Shown piece by piece: positions 57,171-64,000 of a DNA stretch of 64,000 nt (its first letter is position 1; every line of letters starts with the position of its first letter). Made by a program: the position numbers and the translations under genes. Where the stretch lies: positions 34,193-98,192 of the forward strand of contig JBBAQC010000007.1 of NCBI GenBank assembly GCA_040400535.1. Direction: 5' to 3'. This DNA is from Polynucleobacter sp. Its GTDB lineage: Bacteria > Pseudomonadota > Gammaproteobacteria > Burkholderiales > Burkholderiaceae. The notes beneath the pieces were generated by a model. The model did no database searches. It was not told the DNA's origin and saw only the letters and a program-made list of their open reading frames with translations.

Positions 57171-58316
57171 ATGAATACCTTGGTATCTCCCCATTCATCG
57201 GAGCAGAAAATTGCGCCTTGGCTAGAGCCATTATGGAATGGTCTTGACTTGGCTAAGCTTCCGAATGCGGTGCTGATTCATGGACAGTCCGGGATTGGTA
57301 AGTTTGAATTTGCGATTGAACTAGCTCGAGCACTGTTATGTGAAGCATCAGCGGGCAGTAAACCCTGCAATCAATGCGAAGCTTGTCGGTGGTTTGATTC
57401 AGGTAATCATCCGGACTTTATTGCCCTCGTTCCTGAAACCCATCGCAAGCTGTTGCCTCATGGTAATTTTGACTCTGAAATAGACGCGCCCAAAAAATCA
57501 AAGATCAGTTCAGCCGATAGCGATACTGACGCACCCGAGAAAAAAGAAAAGAAAAGTATTTCCATTGAAGATGCTCGAAGTGCAATTGAAGGGCTGTCGA
57601 TTGGAGCGCACCGCGGAGGTAATCGAGTCATTCTGGTTTATCCATTAGAAATGCTCAGAGCAGATTCAGCGAACACTTTACTGAAGTCTCTAGAAGAGCC
57701 ACCTAATAACACTATCTTTATCTTATTAGCCGATCGCCTTGATCGAGTGTTGCCAACCATTCGCTCACGGTGCCGTTTGATATGCGCGCCACGTCCAGAT
57801 CGAGTCATTGGATTGGATTGGTTGCGGACCCAATTGAGCGGTGTTTCTAATTTAAAAATGAGTGATGCCGAGCTTGAGTCTATTTATGATGAGCAGGGCG
57901 GGGCGCCCTATGCAGTGCGGGATTCTTTAATTGCGCGCCACAACCAAGACGAAAAAGATGAGCTGACCATTGCGATTCAAGCATCACGTTATTTATTGCA
58001 AGCCATGTCCCAAGGAGTTCGCATTAATTGGCTAGATGCTGCTGATAAGACGCAAAAAGCCCGTTATTCAGTATTGTTAGCCACCATGCAGCGTTGGGTC
58101 TCTGACCTTCAAAGTTGCGCTCAAATGGGTTCGACTCGGTATTATCCCAAGCATGAGGCTGCTATCAAGATACTTGCACAACAAGCGCGCTTGTCCAAGC
58201 TACTCCGTTTCTGGAAGTCTCTAGTACAGGCACGTCGCCATGAAAATCATCCTTTAGCCACCCGTATTCAGTTGGAAGCCTTGCTTTCTCAATACCAACA
58301 GATATTTGAAGACTAA
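57171..58316 (+). CDS. holB: DNA polymerase III delta-prime subunit
   Basis: AAA+-like N-domain (HGQSGIGK) and a zinc module CNQCEACRW. It carries a charged low-complexity insert. It directly abuts the tmk stop. Confidence 0.88.
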   Translation: MNTLVSPHSSEQKIAPWLEPLWNGLDLAKLPNAVLIHGQSGIGKFEFAIELARALLCEASAGSKPCNQCEACRWFDSGNHPDFIALVPETHRKLLPHGNFDSEIDAPKKSKISSADSDTDAPEKKEKKSISIEDARSAIEGLSIGAHRGGNRVILVYPLEMLRADSANTLLKSLEEPPNNTIFILLADRLDRVLPTIRSRCRLICAPRPDRVIGLDWLRTQLSGVSNLKMSDAELESIYDEQGGAPYAVRDSLIARHNQDEKDELTIAIQASRYLLQAMSQGVRINWLDAADKTQKARYSVLLATMQRWVSDLQSCAQMGSTRYYPKHEAAIKILAQQARLSKLLRFWKSLVQARRHENHPLATRIQLEALLSQYQQIFED

Positions 58317-58340
58317 GTGAAGACTAAATGAAGACTAAAA
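58307..58340 (+). repeat. Tandem 11-bp repeat TGAAGACTAA(G/A) x3 spanning the holB stop codon and most of the holB-tatD spacer
   Basis: Read directly: TGAAGACTAAG TGAAGACTAAA TGAAGACTAAAA. The first copy contains the last two holB codons plus TAA. Confidence 0.95.
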
Positions 58341-58349
58341 TGGCGAGTC

Positions 58350-59138
58350 ATGTTTATAGACTCCCATTGCCACCTCGATTTTCCAGAATTCCAAAGCCGC
58401 TTACCTGAGGTTTTGGCCAATATGGCTGCCTGCAAAGTAAGCCATGCTTTGTGTGTCTCAGTGGATATTCCTGACTTTCCTAAGGTGCGCAAGCTGGCTG
58501 AAGACCATGCCCATCTGTATGCCTCAGTTGGTGTGCATCCTGATTACGAAGATACCCCCGAACCCACCTTTGAATTTTTAATGGAGCAAGCTCAACATCC
58601 AAAGATCATTGCGATCGGGGAGACGGGTCTGGATTACTACCGGATGGGTGAGCGCAGCTATGAATCAATGGAATGGCAAAGAGAGCGCTTTAGGACGCAT
58701 ATTCGCGCTGCGGTTGCCTGCCAAAAGCCCCTCATTATTCACACCCGCTCATCCTCTGTTGATACCCTCAGAATCCTTAAAGAGGAGGGCGCTGATCGCA
58801 TTGGCGGCGTGATGCATTGTTTTACAGAAACCACTGAAGTAGCCAAGGCTGCTATGGAAATGGGTTTTTACATCTCTTTCTCAGGGATTGTGACCTTTAA
58901 GAGCGCTAAAGACCTTCAGGAAACCTGTAAAGCCGTTCCCTTAGAGCGGATGCTGATTGAGACGGATTCACCCTATTTAGCCCCCATTCCATATCGCGGT
59001 AAAACTAATGAGCCAGCCTGGGTATCCAAGGTGGGTGAATACATAGCAGAATTGAAGGGCGTTTCTATCGAAGAGCTTGCAGATCAAACTTCAAAGAATT
59101 TTTTTCAATGTTTTCAATTAAATAGAGCTATTTCATGA
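58350..59138 (+). CDS. tatD: TatD-family metal-dependent hydrolase (YcfH-like)
   Basis: MFIDSHCHLDF N-terminus. 262 aa. Confidence 0.93.
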   Translation: MFIDSHCHLDFPEFQSRLPEVLANMAACKVSHALCVSVDIPDFPKVRKLAEDHAHLYASVGVHPDYEDTPEPTFEFLMEQAQHPKIIAIGETGLDYYRMGERSYESMEWQRERFRTHIRAAVACQKPLIIHTRSSSVDTLRILKEEGADRIGGVMHCFTETTEVAKAAMEMGFYISFSGIVTFKSAKDLQETCKAVPLERMLIETDSPYLAPIPYRGKTNEPAWVSKVGEYIAELKGVSIEELADQTSKNFFQCFQLNRAIS

Positions 59139-59836
59139 GAAATTCGTTTAAATTAAACTGCGCCACTTACATAGCCTTAGCTTGCTTTTCTAGTCTTGCA
59201 TTTGCTCAAACTGCTGCTCAGATTGCTGATTTTGCTAAAGCCGCTAAATTTGATGATGTTTCAGAGGTGCAGTCCCTGATGAAGACTGGAGTCAGCCCAA
59301 ATACCCTAGATCCCAATGGCAACCCGATGTTGATCTTGGCTATTAGGGACAAATCCTTGAAGGTGACCGATTTACTGATTTCCAATCCCGCGACAGATGT
59401 CAATCTGAGTAATAAATCGGGTGAAAACTCACTCATGTTGGCTTCCATTGATGGTGAGCTCCCGATCGTAGAAGCGCTTGTGCTCAAAAAGAAGGCAAAT
59501 GTCAATAAACCAGGCTGGACCCCGTTGCATTACGCTTGTTCGACTGGAAAGCTCAGTGTGGCAGAGTTTTTAATTGCCAATGGCGCACAGATCAATGCGC
59601 TTAGCCCAAGTGAAACAACTCCCTTAATGATGGCCGTGAGCTCTGGGAATGATTTGTTAATTAAGTTGCTGTTGGATAAGGGTGCAGACCTTAGAATTCG
59701 GAATCATGAAGGCTTTTCTGCGATTGATGTTGCTGAGTTATTTAACAAAACTGAGATACGCGATGGATTGATCTCTAGATGGGGAAAGCTCTATAAAGAG
59801 CCATATCCAGGCGGTCCTAAGAAGCTTCCTTCATAA
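59135..59836 (+). CDS. Periplasmic ankyrin-repeat protein
   Basis: Signal peptide (...SSLAFAQT) and about four ANK repeats (for example GWTPLHYACSTGKLSVAEFLIANGAQINA). ATGA overlap with tatD. Confidence 0.85.
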   Translation: MRNSFKLNCATYIALACFSSLAFAQTAAQIADFAKAAKFDDVSEVQSLMKTGVSPNTLDPNGNPMLILAIRDKSLKVTDLLISNPATDVNLSNKSGENSLMLASIDGELPIVEALVLKKKANVNKPGWTPLHYACSTGKLSVAEFLIANGAQINALSPSETTPLMMAVSSGNDLLIKLLLDKGADLRIRNHEGFSAIDVAELFNKTEIRDGLISRWGKLYKEPYPGGPKKLPS

Positions 59837-59910
59837 ACTCTTTATTTGATAATTGCGTATAATCATTATTATGTCAAACAAGAAATGCGAATAAAGATCT
59901 GCAGCACCAA

Positions 59911-60447
59911 ATGAGCATTCAAGAGCGGATTGCTAACCTCCCCGGCATTCAGGAACTACCCAGCTTTGGAACGTTGATCGGTCAGATAAACGCCGATATG
60001 GGCAACAGCGATATCTGGTTTGTATTGCTATTAGCCTGTCTCATGCTCACGTTTCATGGGATAGCTGTGCTGATGATTGCAGGAGCCTTTCATTGGGTAG
60101 ATCAAAAGCTAGAAAATAGGCGTGTTTACGGCGCCAACTTTTTGTCTTATTTCATCGCTATTTTGTTGATTATTGCCAGCCATTTACTTGAAATCGTAGC
60201 TTGGTCCTATATTTGCGTCGCTTTTCAGGTGCTTCCAACTAACCCCCAAACCTTCTATTTCGCCGGTGAAATGTACACTACCGTCGGTTATGGCAACTAC
60301 ACCCTGGCTGAGCGCTGGAGAATTTTGCCCATCATCATCTCTTTTTCAGGGATTTTCGCTGTTTCAATGTCTGGGGCAGCCCTGTATTCCATGATGGGAG
60401 CTTTGTTGGGAAGGTCTAATCAAAATGCCCGATCTAAAGCGGTCTAG
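59911..60447 (+). CDS. Minimal potassium-channel-like protein (pore domain only)
   Basis: Selectivity filter TTVGYGN between two TM helices, plus one extra N-terminal TM helix. 178 aa, with no RCK or other gating domain. Confidence 0.8.
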   Translation: MSIQERIANLPGIQELPSFGTLIGQINADMGNSDIWFVLLLACLMLTFHGIAVLMIAGAFHWVDQKLENRRVYGANFLSYFIAILLIIASHLLEIVAWSYICVAFQVLPTNPQTFYFAGEMYTTVGYGNYTLAERWRILPIIISFSGIFAVSMSGAALYSMMGALLGRSNQNARSKAV

Positions 60448-60451
60448 TGAC

Positions 60452-61435
60452 CTAATTAATCAGCTTTGCCTTATCAATGGGCGCCCTTTGCTTAAATACA
60501 AGCTCTAGAATGCGTCCATTGGACTCCGTGGAGCGCATTCTGCCAGGCAGCCAATCCAAGTCCTTTGCCAGCCAAATATCAACCTGGCGCTTGAATTTAC
60601 TGCTCTCGCGTTGCATTAAGGCGTAGTGTCGGTTGATGCTTTTGCCCAAGCTGGGAATGTCCTCTGACTCTTTTTCACCATAGCTTTTAAATTGCCACAT
60701 CTCAAGAGTGTCATAGTCAACCACAGGAATGCCTCTAATGGTGCCCGCCTCATCGATCTTATCGCTGCCATTGAGTAGTGAGGCCAGTTGAAACATGAGG
60801 CTGAATCGATCTTGGGTTCCGGGCAAGAGGTCGGGGGTAAATTCTGGTTTTTCAGAGAAGAACATCTTCCCTGCCCCACTCTGATCTCGATCGAAACGAG
60901 AGTAACGCGGCGGCTTAGTGCCCCGTTGCGTCCAATAAATCGAGGGCGCTATACCGTAGGCATCGACAGAGCCGCGGGATTCAAAAACAAATGGGCCAAC
61001 CACTGCATAAGGAATATTGATATGCAGACGGTAATTATTACCATCGGTTATCCAGTCCAGCTGCGCTGATTGAAGTACTTGACCATCAAGATAGGCATCA
61101 AAATAATAAGTTCCAGACTCGGGTAAACGAAAAGCTTGTCCTGATTGATTGATGCCACCACCCTGCTTCCCATCACCATCTTGATCGGATTCAGGCAGTG
61201 GATCAGCAGAGACTGTGTTGGGTTTTTGTGGCGTTCTTTTTTTCTTTGGTGCGGTAGAAAGCGCAATTTTCTGCGGCGGCTCAACTCTTAAATCAGTCTT
61301 GATAATCAAGTCGTCGGCAATGGGTGGCGCACTGGAGAAGGAAGGGATGCCTAAAAATAAAACCAGATGACCTAGGATCGATAGAAACAATGCAATCCCT
61401 AAAATCCATTGGGATCTTCTACGATTGAGCATCAT
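60452..61435 (-). CDS. DUF3108-like envelope protein with an N-terminal membrane anchor
   Basis: A TM helix and a Pro/Lys-rich linker. The segments GTQDRFSLMFQLASLL and VDIWLAKDLDWLPGRMR resemble motifs I recall from DUF3108 proteins (unverified). Confidence 0.7.
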   Translation of the reverse strand: MMLNRRRSQWILGIALFLSILGHLVLFLGIPSFSSAPPIADDLIIKTDLRVEPPQKIALSTAPKKKRTPQKPNTVSADPLPESDQDGDGKQGGGINQSGQAFRLPESGTYYFDAYLDGQVLQSAQLDWITDGNNYRLHINIPYAVVGPFVFESRGSVDAYGIAPSIYWTQRGTKPPRYSRFDRDQSGAGKMFFSEKPEFTPDLLPGTQDRFSLMFQLASLLNGSDKIDEAGTIRGIPVVDYDTLEMWQFKSYGEKESEDIPSLGKSINRHYALMQRESSKFKRQVDIWLAKDLDWLPGRMRSTESNGRILELVFKQRAPIDKAKLIN

Positions 61436-61468
61436 AAAAAAGGCTGGTGGGGAGTGTTCACCATCAAA

Positions 61469-62056
61469 CTAGCCCCGAATAAAATCGATCACTCGCGGAA
61501 GGTGCTCGGCATAGTCAGCAATACCATGATCGCTACCTTCCAAAACTAACTGCTTAGCACCAGCATAAAACGCCACCATTTCTTTCCAGTTAAGCAACTC
61601 ATCACCCTTGGCGGCAATTAAAAAATAGCGCTGCGGATCTGTCAGCGTATGCACTTGTAGGGCACGCAACTGATCGATATATTCTGCTTTAAAGTCAAAG
61701 GGCTCTTCACTATCGTACGCTGTCATCATGCCGACGTGAGGCTCTAACTCCCTGGCGGCATACACTGCAGGATTTAAAACAATGCCCCGACAGTGATATT
61801 TTTCTGCAAGGTAGTTGGTATAAAAGCCTCCCAAGGAGGAGCCCATGATGATGGTTTTATCCGCTGGGGATTGATCGATATGCTTGATCACCATCGTCAT
61901 GCTGTCTTGTGGAGAGGCTAGTAACTGAGGGCAATACCATTCATAAGAGTGCTGCTCTGTTGAGAGTGCCTTCACCGCTTCGCCGGTCATTCTCGCCTTA
62001 CTAGAATTGGGAGATGAGCGAAAGCCGTGAAGGTAAACCAATAAAGTACTTGCCAT
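61469..62056 (-). CDS. YqiA/YcfP-family alpha/beta esterase
   Basis: LVYLHGFRSSPNSSKA N-terminus and a GSSLGG nucleophile elbow. Confidence 0.8.
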   Translation of the reverse strand: MASTLLVYLHGFRSSPNSSKARMTGEAVKALSTEQHSYEWYCPQLLASPQDSMTMVIKHIDQSPADKTIIMGSSLGGFYTNYLAEKYHCRGIVLNPAVYAARELEPHVGMMTAYDSEEPFDFKAEYIDQLRALQVHTLTDPQRYFLIAAKGDELLNWKEMVAFYAGAKQLVLEGSDHGIADYAEHLPRVIDFIRG

Positions 62057-62062
62057 CAGTAT

Positions 62063-62962
62063 TTATGAAGCTTTTTGACCTATTTCAAAGTTCGCCATTT
62101 TCTCAAGAGCTTTCACCATTGCTGAGTGATCCCAAGCTTTACCACCATGAGCACTACAAGAATTTAATAGCTCTTGAGCAGTAGCTGTATTAGGTAAAGA
62201 AACTCCAATTGCTTTGGCAGTGCTGAGAGCGAGATTTAAATCTTTTTGATGGAGCTCAATCCTAAAGCCAGGATCAAAAGTGCGCTTAATCATGCGATCA
62301 CCATGCACCTCTAAAATCTTGGAGCTTGCAAAGCCGCCCATCAGTGCTTCTCGCACCTTAGCGGGATCAGCACCAGCTTTAGATGCAAATACCAGCGCTT
62401 CTGCAACAGCTTCAATATTTAAGGCCACAATAATTTGATTGGCAACCTTCGTAATTTGACCTGCACCATTACCACCCACTAGAGTAATGTTCTTACCCAT
62501 TAATTCAAATACGGGTTTCACTATTGCAAAAGTAGCATCGCTACCACCGACCATGATGGTGAGCGTGGCCGCTTTAGCGCCTACCTGACCACCAGATACA
62601 GGTGCATCTAAGTACTCGCATCCAAGGGCATTAATCTTTTGAGCAAACTCTTTAGTTTCAATAGGTGAGATTGAACTCATATCCACCACAATCTTGCCTT
62701 TGCTCAATCCAGAAGCAACGCCCTGCTCACCAAATAATACTTTTGCGACATCAGGGGTATCGGGCAGCATCGTAATGATCACGTCCGCTTTGCTTGCAAC
62801 CTCTGCTGGGGTTTTACAGGCAACAGCTGAACTATTGGCCAACTCCTCCGGAGTCTTACTGCGAGTGTTGATAAATACTTCGTAGCCCGCAGCAATCAAA
62901 TGACCTGCCATTGGGGCACCCATAATTCCGAGACCAACAAAACCTAGCTTTAATTTACTCAT
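62063..62962 (-). CDS. glxR: 2-hydroxy-3-oxopropionate (tartronate semialdehyde) reductase
   Basis: NAD-binding motif GFVGLGIMGAPMA and the 3-hydroxyisobutyrate-dehydrogenase family. Located downstream of hyi. Confidence 0.88.
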   Translation of the reverse strand: MSKLKLGFVGLGIMGAPMAGHLIAAGYEVFINTRSKTPEELANSSAVACKTPAEVASKADVIITMLPDTPDVAKVLFGEQGVASGLSKGKIVVDMSSISPIETKEFAQKINALGCEYLDAPVSGGQVGAKAATLTIMVGGSDATFAIVKPVFELMGKNITLVGGNGAGQITKVANQIIVALNIEAVAEALVFASKAGADPAKVREALMGGFASSKILEVHGDRMIKRTFDPGFRIELHQKDLNLALSTAKAIGVSLPNTATAQELLNSCSAHGGKAWDHSAMVKALEKMANFEIGQKAS

Positions 62963-63045
62963 GACTCCATCCCATAGTGGTTAATTAGTTTTTATATTAA
63001 TAATTTTTTATTTCTATTGAGCGCAATGTAAGCAAAGCGCTCATC

Positions 63046-63828
63046 TTAATGTTGCTCGTACTGCCCCATCCACGTCAGACCAGCTTCGGTAGTTTTCAGG
63101 GGTTTGTATTCACAGCCGATATAGCCGGCATATCCTAGGCGATCTAATAGCCCAAAGAGATATTCATAATGAATTTCACCTGTACCGGGTTCATTACGAC
63201 CAGGATTATCAGCAAGCTGGATATGACCAATCCGATTGAAATACTTTTGAATCGTATTGCCCAGCTCACCTTCCATACGTTGCGCATGATAGATGTCATA
63301 TTGTAGGAAGGCATTATCAGCGCCAACGGCATCCAAAATAGCAATACCCTGCTCTGTCTTAGAAAGATAGAAACCGGGAATATCAAATGTATTAATTGGC
63401 TCTATCAATAACTTGAGACCCGCTTTTTTGAGTTCGCTAGCGGCGTACTGAAGGTTGGCGACAAAAGTATCATGGAGCAACTTAGGATCTGCGCCAGCCG
63501 GCACTTTGCCTGCAAGACAGTTCAACTGTGGAACACCCAATAGGGTAGCGTATTCAATCGCCTTGGCCACCCCACTACGAAACTCACTGACCCGATCAGG
63601 CAAGCAGGCAATACCACGCTCACCAGCATCCCAGTCTCCCGCAGGCAGGTTATGCAAAATGAGCTTCAAAACATTGTTATCGAGGGCAGATTTAATATCC
63701 CGCACATCAAAAGCGTAGGGAAATAGAAACTCGACCGCTTTAAATCCGCCAGTTCTGGCAAGGGCAAAGCGCTCTAAAAATGGCACTTCGGTAAAAAGCA
63801 TCGTGAGGTTGGCGGCAAAACGTGGCAT
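63046..63828 (-). CDS. hyi: Hydroxypyruvate isomerase
   Basis: MPRFAANLTMLFTEVPFLERF N-terminus. 260 aa TIM-barrel family. Confidence 0.92.
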   Translation of the reverse strand: MPRFAANLTMLFTEVPFLERFALARTGGFKAVEFLFPYAFDVRDIKSALDNNVLKLILHNLPAGDWDAGERGIACLPDRVSEFRSGVAKAIEYATLLGVPQLNCLAGKVPAGADPKLLHDTFVANLQYAASELKKAGLKLLIEPINTFDIPGFYLSKTEQGIAILDAVGADNAFLQYDIYHAQRMEGELGNTIQKYFNRIGHIQLADNPGRNEPGTGEIHYEYLFGLLDRLGYAGYIGCEYKPLKTTEAGLTWMGQYEQH

Positions 63829-63980
63829 CTGAATCCTTCGGGTCTATTTGCTACAAAAGAGATGATCTTATCAAAGAAGCCCATAAATTTCTGTGACATT
63901 TCAAAGTTGGCAATTTAGGCGAATTTGAGAGCAAAAATACGCTAATATCAGCTTAGAAACACTCAATATTAAGGAAAGTT

Positions 63981-64000
63981 ATGAAAATTCAATTTACCCC
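63981..64000 (+). CDS. Possible start of an unidentified gene (only 20 nt inside the window)
   Basis: ATGAAAATTCAATTTACCCC preceded by AAGGAAAG 3 nt upstream. Too short to identify. Confidence 0.25.

Noticed and set aside
63019-63042. Hairpin GAGCGC-N12-GCGCTC between hyi and glxR.
   Set aside because: On the transcribed (minus) strand it is followed by an A-rich rather than a U-rich tract and has a large loop. It is not a credible intrinsic terminator, and hyi-glxR are probably co-transcribed.
1-64000. CRISPR arrays, rRNA, tRNA, tmRNA or other structured RNA genes.
   Set aside because: Coding density leaves no non-coding stretch longer than about 150 nt. The only tandem repeats are 18 nt (30006-30023) and 34 nt (58307-58340), far too short and lacking spacer structure.

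Overview
This is a very densely coded chromosomal segment (about 95% coding, intergenic gaps mostly under 100 nt). It carries about 75 protein genes. I found no rRNA, tRNA, CRISPR array, transposase or integrase.

Gene content and order are typical of a Burkholderiales-type betaproteobacterium. The roughly mid-40s %GC (estimated by eye) and the extreme compaction fit a streamlined Polynucleobacter-like genome. That taxonomic call is inference, not proof.

- 1-28 kb: central metabolism and a deeply conserved biosynthetic block. It runs mdh, a GntR regulator, sdhCDAB-sdhE, gltA, leuC-(entericidin-like)-leuD-leuB, asd, fimV-like, truA, bactofilin plus M23 peptidase, trpF-trpB-trpA, accD, folC, a SPOR protein, cvpA, purF, metZ.
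- 28.7-43.8 kb: the only accessory-looking part, a sulfur-centred block. It holds HiPIP, a ModBC-like ABC importer with no binding protein, an ArsR-family regulator and a complete soxCDYZAXB set. These are followed by a periplasmic DsrE-like protein, a SoxH-like metallo-beta-lactamase-fold (MBL) protein and a monoheme cytochrome c. The block ends with three YeeE/YedE membrane proteins, a DUF442 protein, a hotdog thioesterase and tRNA 2-selenouridine synthase.
- 43.8-64 kb: housekeeping and stress genes. These are gcdH, yhhQ, ybiT, a DUF1289 plus FemAB-like GNAT pair, gloA, ppiC-type PPIase, bolA, yciB, msrB, selO, a PaaI thioesterase, an NRDE protein, ygfZ, mltG, tmk, holB, tatD, a periplasmic ankyrin protein, a minimal K+ channel, DUF3108, yqiA-like esterase, glxR/garR and hyi.

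I did not find an unambiguous new system. The best candidates for follow-up are:
- the YeeE/YedE-DUF442-thioesterase-SelU run, a possible sulfur/selenium import and trafficking module with no TusA/YeeD partner;
- the uncharacterised periplasmic trio fused to the end of the sox operon;
- the bactofilin-M23 pair inserted into otherwise conserved synteny.

Smaller sequence-level oddities:
- a perfect in-frame (CATCAG)3 His-Gln repeat in the ABC ATPase;
- an 11-bp x3 tandem repeat in the holB-tatD spacer;
- ATATC/GATAT inverted repeats upstream of HiPIP and of the ArsR gene;
- three antiparallel gene pairs that share palindromic tetranucleotides (TTAA, CTAG, CATG) as common stop or start codons.

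All family assignments rest on motif recognition from the supplied translations. No database search was run.
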